Notes: generated by a model not told the origin, from the sequence alone. A stretch of DNA of 64,000 nucleotides from Octopus bimaculoides (GCF_001194135.2 NC_069005.1:1456105-1520104), one strand, 5' to 3'. Counted from the first letter of the stretch, positions 26,100-39,050 are shown. Made by a program: numbers and translations.

Positions 26100-26350
26100 G
26101 AATGAGGGGCGAGATGGCTATAGTAGACAATTTCTATGTCCATGGCTGTTGAATAAAAAATTAGCGACTTCGGAGGAGACATTCATCAAGAGTTACTCAT
26201 GCTGTCAGTGGTGCAGGTCCATCTGCTGCCGAAACGCACTCCAGGTGGATGCCAGGATTCTGTAGCAAATGATGCATAGGACCATGCTGAGGTTGTGGCA
26301 TCTGCAGAAACACCCGCACCACAACGGTGAGCAAGTGTTGTGGTCATCTG
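26100..26350 (-). mobile_element. Highly degenerate Tc1/maT-like transposase relic
   Basis: Fragments resembling VWAGVSADG and QQDGAPAHTA, in broken frames. Confidence 0.4.
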
Positions 26351-26689
26351 ACTGAGTCTTGGGTATTCACGGTCTGAAGTTGGATATTTGGTATCTGGAA
26401 ACTTACCAGTTGGACATTGGGGTCAAAGGAATCTCACTCTCGTAATCTAGAGAAAGTTAATGGAAGATATAAGAAATGATAATCTGGGGAAAATGCTTCG
26501 AGATTCGCTCCTGAACCCTACCTTTAATTCTACCTTTTTATGCATAAGCCATTATCTTAGCCCTCACCTCTACAGTTATCTAAGTCTGACTTTCTCTCTG
26601 GATTCAGACACACAAAAAAAAAACAAGCATACTGCCACGTGTAGCTAGTAACGAACTTTATAACGAAAAATAAGGTTCGCTTATTGAAA

Positions 26690-27218
26690 TGTCTTCATCT
26701 TTTGCAACAAAATATCTTCCTGAACTCCCTCAAAACCCACACAAAGAACTGTTTGTTGACTGTCTGGCCAGAGGGAACCCAGTAGATGTAGATGATGCAT
26801 TTGATATTGAAAAGCGTGTGGGGATCAATCGTGAGTTTCCTGGTGAACTTGCTTTGCCTGGCTTCCTTGGGTCTGGGGGAGCCAAGCTGTTTCCATTGGA
26901 TGTTCTATCTTTTACCCTCTGGAACAAGACGGTAAATCCAGTTTCCGTCACAGGTCACCAGCACTCTTGGCTTAGAGTAATGAGCTTAAAACCATCTCCC
27001 TGCTGTCACTAACGCGTTTTTCCTTCTGTTCGTCACTGAGTACCCTGGGAACAGACATTGCACAAAGTTTGCGTGTGTTCAGCTCACCACGAATAATTTT
27101 GTGCATAGTTGCCACACCAACGCCAATCGGTATGTTTATTATTTGTATAGATCCGACGGTCTTCGTCCAGAAATTTGCGAATTTTCTCAACCAGCTCTGT
27201 TTTTTTTCTCGTGCCCCC

Positions 27219-27252
<34 letters not shown>

Positions 27253-27260
27253 TTCTCTCT

Positions 27261-27306
<46 letters not shown>

Positions 27307-27530
27307 TTCTCTCTCGCTCTCTCTCTCTCTCCCGCACCTCTCATCTCTCACCTCCTCTCTATCGTTCTTCAGCTTCCTCTACCAGAGAAAAAAAAGATGC
27401 TCGACTCACACAAGTCAATCCATGACCAGTCTGGAGCATTTCATAAGTTTCTGCAGCGTTTTTGCTCAGTTCAATGAAAAACTTTGTGTCCCGAGCGTAA
27501 GCTTTGTTTTAAATGCAATGATTTTCCCCT
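26690..27530 (-). mobile_element. Degenerate mariner transposase, split by a (CT)n microsatellite (about 27215-27330)
   Basis: KFFIELSKNAAETYEMLQ; EKIRKFLDEDRR; VPRVLSDEQKEKRVSDSREMV; LVTCDGNWIY; QWKQLGSPRPKEARQSK; WVPSGQTVNKQFFVWVLREFRK; contains stops and frameshifts. Confidence 0.9.
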
Positions 27531-27847
27531 AAAGAAATGCTTTCATTATAAACCTTCAGTCCCTCACTCTACTTCTGTAAAGTTAATAATTTAATTCAAT
27601 TTAATGTAATATTTAATAAACCTAACGTGTCGAGCTGGCAGAATCGTTAAACATGTCGGGCAAAATGCTTAGCAGCATTTCGTCCGTTTTTATGTTCTGA
27701 GTTCAAACAGCGCCAGTTACGAGTTTGTCTTTCCTCCTTTCGGGATCGATAAAGTAAAGTACTAGTCGACTTGCCCCTCCCCGAAATTGCTGGCCTTGAG
27801 CCAAAATTAGAAACTGATATTTAATGGACCTTAGACTCCCAACTATG

Positions 27848-27886
27848 TTGTACTGATGAAATCCAATTAGATTGAAATATCAGTTA
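27848..27886 (+). ncRNA. Degenerate hammerhead-like motif
   Basis: CUGAUGA-AAUC(CAAUUA)GAUU-GAAA-UAU-C; core and helix II intact, helix I mispaired. Confidence 0.4.
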
Positions 27887-27989
27887 TATACGCCTTGTGA
27901 GTGGATTTCGTAGACGGAAACTGAAAGAAGCTCGTCGTATATATGTATGTATGTATAAGTATATGTTTGTGTGTCTATGTGTGTCCCCA

Positions 27990-28165
27990 CAACATCGCTT
28001 GACAACCGATGCTGGTGTGTTTACGTCCCCATAACTTAGCGGTTCGGCAAAAGAGACCGATAGAATTAGTACTAGGCTTATAAAGAATAAGTCTTGGTGT
28101 CGATTTGTTCGACTAAAAGTGGTGCTCCAGCATGGCCGCAGTCAAATGAGTGAAACAAGAATAAA
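27990..28165 (+). mobile_element. SINE 3' half (family C); copies at about 3270-3400(-), 6200-6400(-), 11170-11345(+), 37200-37300(-), 42585-42650(+), 43950-44135(+)
   Basis: CATCGCTTGACAACCGATGCTGGTGTGTTTACGTCCCC.TAACTTAGCGGTTCGGCAAAAGAGACCGATAGAA..AGTACTAGGC...CAGCATGGCCGCAGTCAAATGA.TGAAACAAG recurs. Confidence 0.8.
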
Positions 28166-28349
28166 ATAATTTTGTGTGTAATTGCGAGTATCCATATATG
28201 AATGAATGAATGAATGAATGAGTATATATATGCATGCGTAATTGTATGCACATGTGCGTGCACAAGCACATGCACACTCGTGCATTCGCACAAATGCATC
28301 CTTACAGTTCTAGTGCACCTTCCGCAACTGAAATCAGATGAATTAACCG

Positions 28350-28386
<37 letters not shown>

Positions 28387-28582
28387 GAGGGCCTGCGAGA
28401 AAAATATTGCCCTTTCAGAACGAGACAGCTGTCCCCACCGAATCCTGCTCCCTGTGAAGGGACTCGGGGTTCCTCTCTGCTATCGAAAACCTATCCTAAC
28501 CCTTTCAAGGATCTCCAGATCCCTCCACGGATCTTTGGGTTGAACCCGCACCTCTCATACATCCTGCACACACACACACATG

Positions 28583-28617
<35 letters not shown>

Positions 28618-29874
28618 GCATTCATACACACACAGACATACACACACCTACACACACTGACGCACACAAACATTCACACACACACGCACATCTGTAACAA
28701 CGTTTAACCCCCCTCTTTTACTGTCACTTTCTCTCTCTCTCTCTCTCTCTCTCTGTTTCTCTGTCTGTCTCTCTGTGTCTGTCTCTTTCTCTCTCTCTCT
28801 GTTTCTCACTCATTCTTTCTCTCTCCCTCTCTGTCTGTCTTTCTGTCCGTTTGTCTCTCTCTTCTCTCTCTCACTCTCTCTCTCTTTTCTCTCCCTCTCT
28901 CCTTGTTTCTCTGTCTCTTAGTTTCTCTTACTCTCTCTTTCTTTCTCTCTCACTCTCTTTGTCTCCCTTTCTGACTGTCTGTTTTCTGTCTGTTTCTTTC
29001 TCTTCTCTTCTCTTTCTCCCTCTTTCTTTCTCTCCCTCTCTGACTGTCTCTCTTTCTCTCTCCCTCTCCGACTATCTGTCTTTCTCTCTTTCGCCCTCCC
29101 TCTCTTTCTCTGTCTCTCTGTCTCTCTCTATAAAATTTTCAAACTACAAAATCAGGTTAGAAAACTCAACTCCACCACGCTAAAAAATAAGACCCAACCA
29201 AAAACCTGGCCGAGTGCGGTTTCAGAGCGCCAACTGCAGAGGTTAACGAGAGCGTGGGAACCAGGATGTTCTTGTTATTGTTAGCGTTGTTCTTTTTCTT
29301 TTTTAAACTTTAGATTGACGGCAAATTCTAGATATTGTTTTTGTTTCCTAAAAACTTTCGGAGATTTTTGCATTTCCTTTTTTCTTTCTTTGTTTGTTTC
29401 TCTTTTTTTTTTGTTGTTTTGTTTTAGTTCTTTTTTCTCGATTGCATCATTCAGTCTTTTTTTGTTTGTTTGTGTTTTGGTTTTTCATTTTAATAATTCT
29501 TAGCTTAGTTGGCAAAAATAGGCGATTTTCTACGGCGCAGATTTAGAACATATATATATATATGCAGTCTGGGAGATATAGGATTCTTAAGGCATTTCAG
29601 TTCCTTGGCTCCTAAAAGGCTCCTCTTATAGTGATCCCTGATTACTAGTTCCAACTATTTCTACTAATTGTTGTGTACTTATATGAATTCCTGGTAATTA
29701 ATTAGATGTTGAGAGTCCAGGTATAAAGTAATTAACAAGCTGCCTTTTTGTTTATATTTGCAAATATTTCCCCTGTCAAAGTTTCCAGAAATATAATAGT
29801 AAGCGCCAAAAGCCCGCCACGGACAATAGTGATGTGTGCGCGCGCAAGCGTGTGTATCAATATCTATCTATCTA

Positions 29875-29918
<44 letters not shown>

Positions 29919-29921
<3 letters not shown>

Positions 29922-31192
29922 GGTACAATGAATAAACTGTCGTCTAAATAACGCAAAAATGAAAATAACTCTGACATCTCATTTTAACAGATATATTTAC
30001 CAAAATTACATAAAAGTATCTTGAAATACTAAAGAGAAAATGTATTCAATAAAATCGCCATTGGCTTCGACCACAGCCTCCAGACGACTTCGGAATCTCC
30101 TGCAACTCTTCTGGACAGTATCGTTGTTTGGTGAGTGCAGCTATAATCCTTGTCTTGAGTTCATCTTTGGTGTTACAAGGAGTTTTGTTGGTCTTTCGCT
30201 TAATTGCGCTCCACACATAATAATCAAGGGGGTTGCAATCTTGGGAGTTGGGTGGCCAGATATAAGGCGTGATGAGGTCGCAGAAACTGTCTGACAGCGA
30301 TGACTGCGCTCTCTTGCTTGCGTGGCATAGTGTAGAGTCCTGTTGCCAGACACAGTCTTCCAGCAGCTATGCTTTTCACCCAGGGCAACACTACCTCCTC
30401 CAGGCACTTGATGCAAGCTTCCGTGTTGAGTCTGAGGCCATGTGGGAAGATGAATGGAGGCATAACGTCACCATCATAGTGATCACTCCAAACACCATGA
30501 TGTTGACTGGTTGTTTGATTTTTATCACTCTCAGTACATGGTTTGAGGACACGGCAAGCCAACAGTTGTTCTGTGTTTTCACCATCTGATCCTGGCAGAA
30601 ATTTTTCTCGTCTGAGAAAAACCAAAGCATGTTCAGTTGGAGGGGATGCTTGAGTTTGTTCAAAAGCTTCGTAGCGCGGTCTTTCTTCTTATCCTTGATG
30701 GCTTGGGATAAAAATTGGCCCTTTCTCATCTTGTATGAGGAATACCGAATGTATTCATGTACTACCTATCTGACAAGAAACTCAGACACTCCCAAATCAC
30801 TGGCGACTTGGAGGGATCGTTGTCAATCATGGCCTGGATCTCACCAACAAATTCAGGAGTTCTTTTTTTATTAGAACGACTAGAATGAGTTTTCCGAGCT
30901 GCCGTACTTTCGTAATCACCATTAGACTCCTCCAACTCTTTCCGAGTCCTCAGCACTGATCTCAGACTGACACCCAAACACTCTGAAATGTTCCTATTGG
31001 AGCTTCCGGCGCGAATGCCAAGCAGTACAGCATGTCCTTTCCAAATTTCTGGCAGAGTGAATGGCGTTATAGTGGTGTTTCTCACATACGGTGCTCACCT
31101 GACCCTACGATACTGTGTAGTCGACAAATTATAAACAGTGCGCATACGCGGAATTAAACACAAAACGGGGACAATTTACCCATCGCACCCTG
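29919..31192 (-). mobile_element. Full-length Tc1/mariner-superfamily DD37D (maT) DNA transposon, transposase frameshifted
   Basis: Imperfect ~26-bp TIRs (CAGGGTACAATGAATAAACTGTC at 29919 vs the reverse complement of GACAATTTACCCATCGCACCCTG ending at 31192), TA on both flanks. Motifs WFFSDEKNF, WQQD, WPPNSQDCNPLDY; I count exactly 37 residues between the 2nd and 3rd catalytic D. The ORF is split across several frames. Confidence 0.93.
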
Positions 31193-31205
31193 TATATGAA
31201 TGTAT

Positions 31206-31262
<57 letters not shown>

Positions 31263-31764
31263 NNNNNNNNNNNNNNNNNNNNNNNNNNNNNNNNNNNNNN
31301 NNNNNNNNNNNNNNNNNNNNNNNNNNNNNNNNNNNNNNNNNNNNNNNNNNNNNNNNNNNNNNNNNNNNNNNNNNNNNNNNNNNNNNNNNNNNNNNNNNNN
31401 NNNNNNNNNNNNNNNNNNNNNNNNNNNNNNNNNNNNNNNNNNNNNNNNNNNNNNNNNNNNNNNNNNNNNNNNNNNNNNNNNNNNNNNNNNNNNNNNNNNN
31501 NNNNNNNNNNNNNNNNNNNNNNNNNNNNNNNNNNNNNNNNNNNNNNNNNNNNNNNNNNNNNNNNNNNNNNNNNNNNNNNNNNNNNNNNNNNNNNNNNNNN
31601 NNNNNNNNNNNNNNNNNNNNNNNNNNNNNNNNNNNNNNNNNNNNNNNNNNNNNNNNNNNNNNNNNNNNNNNNNNNNNNNNNNNNNNNNNNNNNNNNNNNN
31701 NNNNNNNNNNNNNNNNNNNNNNNNNNNNNNNNNNNNNNNNNNNNNNNNNNNNNNNNNNNNNNNN

Positions 31765-31824
<60 letters not shown>

Positions 31825-32165
31825 TACACTTCTACTCTTTCCCTTTCTTACTTAGGACAGCCCTACCCACCGCCACCACTATGTCATTTCTATTTTCCAT
31901 TCTCATTCACCGACTTTCACCTCTCCCGCGCATTCTTCTCGACCAGACACACTTAACAATGTGTGTGTATGTGTGTGTGTGTGACTGTGTAATTGTTACA
32001 CAAAGCCTTGTGGGTGAATGAGCATAAGGTAAGGGTCTGATGTGTGTTTATACATACATATATACATGCATACATATGCCTATATATACAATATTGTATG
32101 TATAGGATAGTCAACCGCTATACACAGTGGCAGCTGCTTCACAGAAAACAATACACACACACACA

Positions 32166-32197
<32 letters not shown>

Positions 32198-32407
32198 CAC
32201 ACACTCACACTCACACACACTCATACACACGCATTCGCTCACAGCTGTATTGATAAAAAGTGGTGGCGGCGGCGATGGTGGCGATGAAAGGACGTAGATG
32301 CGTAGAAAGGTACATACGACCAAATTTAGATACGTTTGGGTGTGTGTGTATGTGTTTGTGTGCATGCGCATATACACTTCTGTACATATATACACACATA
32401 TGTAGAT

Positions 32408-32482
<75 letters not shown>

Positions 32483-32554
32483 TTCAATACGTGACTGCGT
32501 GTGCATCGTTGGCGATTTTCTTTCTCCGTCTTCCCTTCTTTGGACTTTTTCTAT

Positions 32555-32589
32555 ATTTCTGATGAAGAGCTCTGCTCGAAACGTAAAAT
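32555..32589 (+). ncRNA. Minimal type I hammerhead ribozyme
   Basis: AUUU-CUGAUGA-A-GAGC(UCU)GCUC-GAAA-CGU-A^AAAU: intact core, 4-bp helices I and II, palindromic ACGU, GUA triplet. Confidence 0.75.
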
Positions 32590-32693
32590 CTTCTTTTCTT
32601 TCCTTTCCTGAGCGTCCAATAACACTGTAGTTATTCCACGTCCTCGAGTTGTTGTTTTTCGTGTTTTTCTTACTTGTTCATGTTTGGATTAAC

Positions 32694-32736
<43 letters not shown>

Positions 32737-32847
32737 TCGTGCGCGCACAAACTCAGAGACAGACCAGTAGACCGACTGACAGACAGGGGTGGATAACTGT
32801 GTATGCATGTGTGAGTATATATATATATAGATAGATAGATATATATA

Positions 32848-32884
<37 letters not shown>

Positions 32885-33429
32885 TTTTGAAAGATTGACT
32901 CACGCACAGACACGCACGCATACATACACACACATACAGAAACACACACACACACACCGGTATTTCAGTTTTCATCTACAAAATCCACTCACAAGTGTTT
33001 GGTCGATCAGAGAAGACCCAAAGTGCCGCGCAGTGGGACTGAACCCAGAACCGTGTGGTTGGGAGGCAAGCTTCTCAACCACACACCATCACCTCGAAAA
33101 AAAAAATTANNNNNNNNNNNNNNNNNNNNNNNNNNNNNNNNNNNNNTAGATATTGTTTTTGAATCCGTTTTTGGAATGTTCTCACACCCACTTCTCGACT
33201 TTTGTTCATTACCAATTTTCGTAACTTCTGCCTTTTCGCCTCACCTTTTTTTCTTTCTTCAGATTTATTTTTATAAAACATGGACGATTACATAACCGAC
33301 ACCCTCGAGAGTGGACTTCTGCAAAATGTCATTCAAAAATATTCATTTCAAAAATAGGAGGAAACAAAGTGGAGTGGAGGCGGGAGAGACTGATCTGAAA
33401 CTCCTTCAAATAATAATGATGATCATCAG

Positions 33430-33675
33430 AACGAGAAGAACAGTCTGGTATGGTACATCAAACGGCAGAGTGAATCCTTGTTTGCCGCTGTTAGAATTAA
33501 CAATACAATACCTACCGAAAATGTGATGCACCCACAAACATTTAAGAAACAGCAAGAAAGAGTAAACAATTGGACAATGAAATCACTGCATGGACAATAC
33601 CTCGGAGAAACCGAAGGAGAATACAAGATCAACACTTGGAAATGGCTAAGAAAAAGGGATCTGAAAGGAAACTGA
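33430..33675 (+). mobile_element. R4/Dong-like (RLE-type) non-LTR fragment
   Basis: WTMKSLHGQYLGETEGEYKINTWKWLRKRDLKG matches the W..K.LHGQY...TW.WL..G.LK.ETE motif; it ends where the mariner relic begins. Confidence 0.75.
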
Positions 33676-33689
33676 ATGAAGCCCGTCGT

Positions 33690-34470
33690 ATATATATTTT
33701 GGTGGCCTGCATTTCACTGTAGCCTACACTGGTGACTGTGAACTCCTTCTCCAGTTGAAATTCTATTATAGCCCAAGAAACGGTTAGCATTACTTTTTCT
33801 GCAGATAGTTGAGTCTTCGATTTCTCCTTTGCTGCCAATTTTAGGTGATTCCACTCCATTCACTGCCTTTTGTATTCTGGCTCAAAGTGGTTGACCCACC
33901 ACTCATCTCCTCTGACTATTCTCATCATAAAAGTTTGGCCTTCATCGTTGTAGCGGCCGAGTAAGCTTTCGTAGATCTCCACACGATTGTGCTTATGTGC
34001 TACAGTAAGCTCTCTTGTTACTCAGCTCACACAGTCTTTACAGAAACGAAGCTTGTCATGATTTCTTATGCTGAGCCACGACTAATTTGCAGAGAACATG
34101 CCACCTCATCAATGGTCACTCGTTGGTTCACCAGAACCATCTCTCAAGCTTGTTGAATCTTTGTCATTTGAAAGAGGTTGGTGGGTGTTCTGATCCCTCT
34201 TCGAGCTTGACGCTTGTCCGGTCATTTTTAAACTCCTCGATCCACTCATGCACACTTCTACGCGGTAGAGCGCTGACCTCGGATTGTACTGAAAGGCTGC
34301 GATGAATTTCAGCTCCTGACACATCTTCAGACCAGAGAAATCGAATCATTCGTCTCTGGTTATCATTAGTCCACAATGCCAACGGAGTGGCAAGAAAAGA
34401 AACCCATTCTATCCCAGTCAAAACACGATTATGTAACCACAAAAATACCGTCTGTTAGCTCGCTGAAGGC
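33690..34470 (-). mobile_element. Degenerate mariner transposase (N-terminal HTH to mid catalytic domain)
   Basis: RRMIRFLWSEDVSGAEIHRSLSVQSEVSALPRRSVHEWIEEFKNDRTSV; later EW.HL...KEKSKTQLSAEKVMLTVSW. Confidence 0.88.
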
Positions 34471-34710
34471 AGTGCGACCAACCTTAAAGACAGTCTCGAT
34501 GGAAGGGCAGATAACTTTTGACTTGCCTCGGTATATATATTCTAGAATTATATAATTACAGCTACATAAATGTTTATGCAATTAGTATGTGCGTATATAT
34601 GAGGGTATGTCTGTACCGCATATATGTATGTGTGTGTGTATAACATGTCGCCTGAGGAAACACAACTAGATCTCAATGCAGGGAAATGGTTGCATAATCA
34701 AGTACCTTCA

Positions 34711-34748
34711 CGCCTGAAGAACTACGTTGCGTAGAAACAATTGTAGTG
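34711..34748 (+). ncRNA. Candidate hammerhead ribozyme
   Basis: CGC-CUGAAGA-AC-UACG(UUG)CGUA-GAAA-CAAUUGU-A^GUG; palindromic helix III ACAAUUGU, short helix I. Confidence 0.55.
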
Positions 34749-37653
34749 ATTGATTATAAATGTCCAACCGTACTCCTTCTTGTTGACTCCAATTTTTTTC
34801 AATTATCTCTTCACACATGGCAGAAACCTAAATGCAAACCTGGAAGTACGTATAACACTACTACTGTAGAGCACAGGGGGAAATCTGAAGGGGACAAGAT
34901 TTATAATGTACTCTAATACGATCTTCACACAGAATATACTATAACATATATATATATATATATATATACACACGCACACACATATACATACATACATACA
35001 TACATGTGTGTGTGTGCATATATCAAAAGGAGGTGTCATAATACTATTCCAAATATTCAAAAACAGCTATACCAACAATCCAACATACCTCCATCATCAG
35101 CTGCGCCACGGATATCATTATGGTTTCGACACCTGGACAGTACCATTCAATCCGGCGGTGTCAATAGCGTTAAAATAAGTGTTGTTTGGGAACAAACATA
35201 CCAAAGAAACCACAGCTTTCAAACACTTTCACCCAGTGTACAACCGTATCGGTAAATAAATTCAATAAGTAAATTACAACCAACTCTTTTACAATGTTTC
35301 GCTAAAAGGGGGAAATTATAAATGTCACTAAATGTGACTAGGCTTTTAGGAAACACCTACACTGCTAGAAATAAGAGCTAAAGCGCTCTAATGCTGTAGT
35401 TAACACACCTGAATGAAACCATACGCTAACAGGGTCCTTCATGTGCCTGCATAATATACACATGTATATTATGTACGTGTGTGTGTGTGTGTGTGTGTAT
35501 GTGTGTGTGTAAGCATGTGTCTGTGCTAATATAGATGTGCGCGCGGTTTTGCGTAATATACGCGCGTGCGCATGTATTAATTTACACACTCACACGCATG
35601 TATACACACGCATGTTTATTATTTACATTGTCGCTCACCTATTTCCCGTGCACTAAAATGACCGGCCTTCAAATCCCAACATCTATTCACTCTTAAAATT
35701 GTATCACAACGAACTCAACGAGTCTCTGCTATGAATTTCGAACAATAAAACCAACAACTAGCTTTATACACCCACCACTCTCTCTCTCGTTTTATCCATC
35801 CATCTATTTATCTATCTATCTAGTTTCATATCTATTTATCCATCCATCCATCCATCCATCTATCTATCCATCTATCCGTCTGTCTGTCTTACATCTGTCT
35901 TTCTGTTTGTCTGTGTGTCTGTCTTCCCCTCTGTCTGTTTGTCTCTCTCTATCTATCTATCTATCTATCTGTATGTATGTCTATCTAACTATATGTCTTT
36001 GTCTATACGTCTGTATGCATGTGTATCTATCTGCCTGTTTGCCTGTGTCTATCCGCCTGTCTGCCTGTCTGTCTGTCTGTCTATTTGCCTCTGTCTGTCT
36101 GTCTGTCTATATATCTCTGTAATCTATCTATTTCATCTTTCCTCCGCATGCGCTCATTTAAAACAACGTACGAGTAGCCCAGCACACACCTTGTCTTCGT
36201 TGCCATGTTTTTTCTCTCTGCAATACAAACCTCTCTTTCATTGTATGGTAATGCAGAGGAAGCAAAGCCACAGAACAAAACCCATATTCAGCCTTATACA
36301 TTACCATAACACCAAGTTTCTTGCTATGATGTTCACTCCCCTTTAATTCATCCATAATTCAAAACGACCTCAAGTTCGAATTAATAATTTCTAGACTTGC
36401 CCAACAGAATCGAAATGGTCTTTTGAATGAATATAAGAGAATTAATCACATCGTGAAATCAAACCCATTACAAACGTTGCATTGTTTTTCAAGTAGGATC
36501 CTTTCCTAAACTCTTGTCTGCTCGTCTTCTAAGTAAACGTTAGTCAAGCATAAGTTGATGTTTTATTCAAATTTCGAATGTCGTCGACGGATCGTCAGTT
36601 ATTGTGTTTCGATTTCATTTATTCCCCTCCGTTGTGTCCCCTAAACATTCTGAGCTTCGTCGGAAGATATGCATTCCATGTGGATTCTTTCGGCTTCCAT
36701 CTACTGTCATGCCGTCACAGTACTGGTCGCCTTCCAAGCTATTTCGCCCTTAACAAGATCATAACGCATGGCCCAGACGCCGAAGGCTTTCCTGTCAGCT
36801 CGAGCCAGCGGAGCTAGACTGAGAGGACGGTAGAAGGCCGTACGTTAATGACAATTTTCCCGTTCCGTGACAGTAGGCCCTTCATCTGGTATGTCACTTC
36901 TTGGTGTTGTCAGCCCAGGCTCCGCTGCTCGTCGGGCGGAAAAAAGAAAACTTGTCAAGGTATCGGTCGCTCTCAGACAGGTTTATCGTCGAGCTTGTGA
37001 GAGTTGAGATCTCTGGCGTCCTTGGTCTCCGGACCATATCGGGGTCCGAGAGCTCACCGCCATCGGGGCGGAGATTGCCGTCCGCAAGTGTTAGTCTCGT
37101 GAGCCAGAATGGCTGTTCCAACGCATCTCCCTTGCTATCTTCCGGGGGAACTCCTTTTCCAATTTGTCTGCTGGTGCCACGAGAAATGCTTCTATATTGT
37201 GAGAGGCCTAGTACTCATTCTATCGGTTGCTTTTGCCGGGCCTCTAAGTTACGAGGACGTAAACACGCCAACAACGGTTGTCAAGCAGTAGTGGGGGACA
37301 AACACATTTACACACACACACGTACGTGCATACATGCATACATACATACATGCATATATATATATATGTGTATATATATATATAATTTAAATAATTTGGG
37401 AAATTGAATTTCCAAATCAATCAGGTACAACCCTTCAGTATTATCTCCATATCGTACCTTGGGGGTCATATTTATCATATATTTATATATTTATCTAGAA
37501 ATATACAAAGTATCTTATAAAAGTCAATAATAATTCAGTTTTTGGGGGATTAATAGATATGCGGGTATTATATTTCAGATAATACAAAAAGAATATTACC
37601 GAATGAGTAATATCTGAAAGTAAACTCATGATATCCATCTGCACATCATGATA

Positions 37654-37959
37654 TTGTAGGAAAGTGGTTATACACCATTAGGTGTACTCCGCTTCCGTAC
37701 ATTAAATTTCTTGAAGAAACAACGGAACGGAGATTCTGAACAACACAACAATATTTATTTACAGTGGAATTCGGCTCACGCTTGGAGGGAATTCGGTAGC
37801 TCGTCGCCTTTGGTTCACTGAGACGCCGTCAATGAAGTTCGTGGTTATTTGTGTAGCTCTGGTGCTGGAATGTTGGAGAGAGCTCGGTGGGACGTCTAGG
37901 CTCAACGGAGATCAGCGAACGAAGAGAGTGAGAAAAGGCGCCAAAGCTGGATGTCGAAC
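37654..37959. mobile_element. Possible LTR fragment, truncated by an assembly gap
   Basis: Abrupt TGTAG start, higher GC content, AATAAA on the minus strand near 37750; no second copy visible. Confidence 0.3.
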
Positions 37960-38579
37960 NNNNNNNNNNNNNNNNNNNNNNNNNNNNNNNNNNNNNNNNN
38001 NNNNNNNNNNNNNNNNNNNNNNNNNNNNNNNNNNNNNNNNNNNNNNNNNNNNNNNNNNNNNNNNNNNNNNNNNNNNNNNNNNNNNNNNNNNNNNNNNNNN
38101 NNNNNNNNNNNNNNNNNNNNNNNNNNNNNNNNNNNNNNNNNNNNNNNNNNNNNNNNNNNNNNNNNNNNNNNNNNNNNNNNNNNNNNNNNNNNNNNNNNNN
38201 NNNNNNNNNNNNNNNNNNNNNNNNNNNNNNNNNNNNNNNNNNNNNNNNNNNNNNNNNNNNNNNNNNNNNNNNNNNNNNNNNNNNNNNNNNNNNNNNNNNN
38301 NNNNNNNNNNNNNNNNNNNNNNNNNNNNNNNNNNNNNNNNNNNNNNNNNNNNNNNNNNNNNNNNNNNNNNNNNNNNNNNNNNNNNNNNNNNNNNNNNNNN
38401 NNNNNNNNNNNNNNNNNNNNNNNNNNNNNNNNNNNNNNNNNNNNNNNNNNNNNNNNNNNNNNNNNNNNNNNNNNNNNNNNNNNNNNNNNNNNNNNNNNNN
38501 NNNNNNNNNNNNNNNNNNNNNNNNNGTGTGTTTCCTGTTCATAAAAAGCAAAAAAAAAAAAAACAGAAAAAAAGTTTAG

Positions 38580-39050
38580 TAGAGGCTGAATGTGACGATG
38601 TCCTGGGGCAGACCCTGGGTCTCGGGTATATTCAACTTGACAGCCTTTTCTTTCGTACGTTTGGGTTGAGGGCGCTGGATAATTTCCAAAAGTCCTTGAT
38701 CTGACAATGTTACAGAAGTGCCTTGCACGTTCGGGAAAAGCCTGCAAGACATGGTCAATGCGACTCACCGACCTGTCCAAGATGTGGGCGAGATAGGGAA
38801 ACCGTCCCGCACGCTATTGTTCAATGTCCGGAGGCGTCCGAGATGTGGGCTTATGCGGAACATCTGTTGTCTGGTGCAAGAGGAGTACAGCTGTCGACTG
38901 AGTCAATTATGAAAATTGACCCACCTGAAGTTTTGTCAAATGAAGGTAAGAATTGTTTTCTCACCGTAGTAGCAATAGCGAAAGAGGTCGTATGGAAGAC
39001 AAGGATGAAAGGAGTAAAGGCAGGCAGCTTCATCTCTGGCCTCGTGAGGC
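38580..39050 (+). mobile_element. Tx1/L1-like non-LTR fragment, same superfamily as 18130-19435
   Basis: CDDVLGQTLG..DNFQKSL..ALHVREK..CPRCGRDRETVPHAIVQCPE..WAYAEHLL is collinear with the 18-kb copy and retains the CPRC...H...C zinc knuckle. Confidence 0.85.

Noticed and set aside
35004-35255. 83-aa plus-strand ORF ending near a GTAAAT donor-like site
   Set aside because: No recognisable homology and a poor acceptor; insufficient support for an exon.
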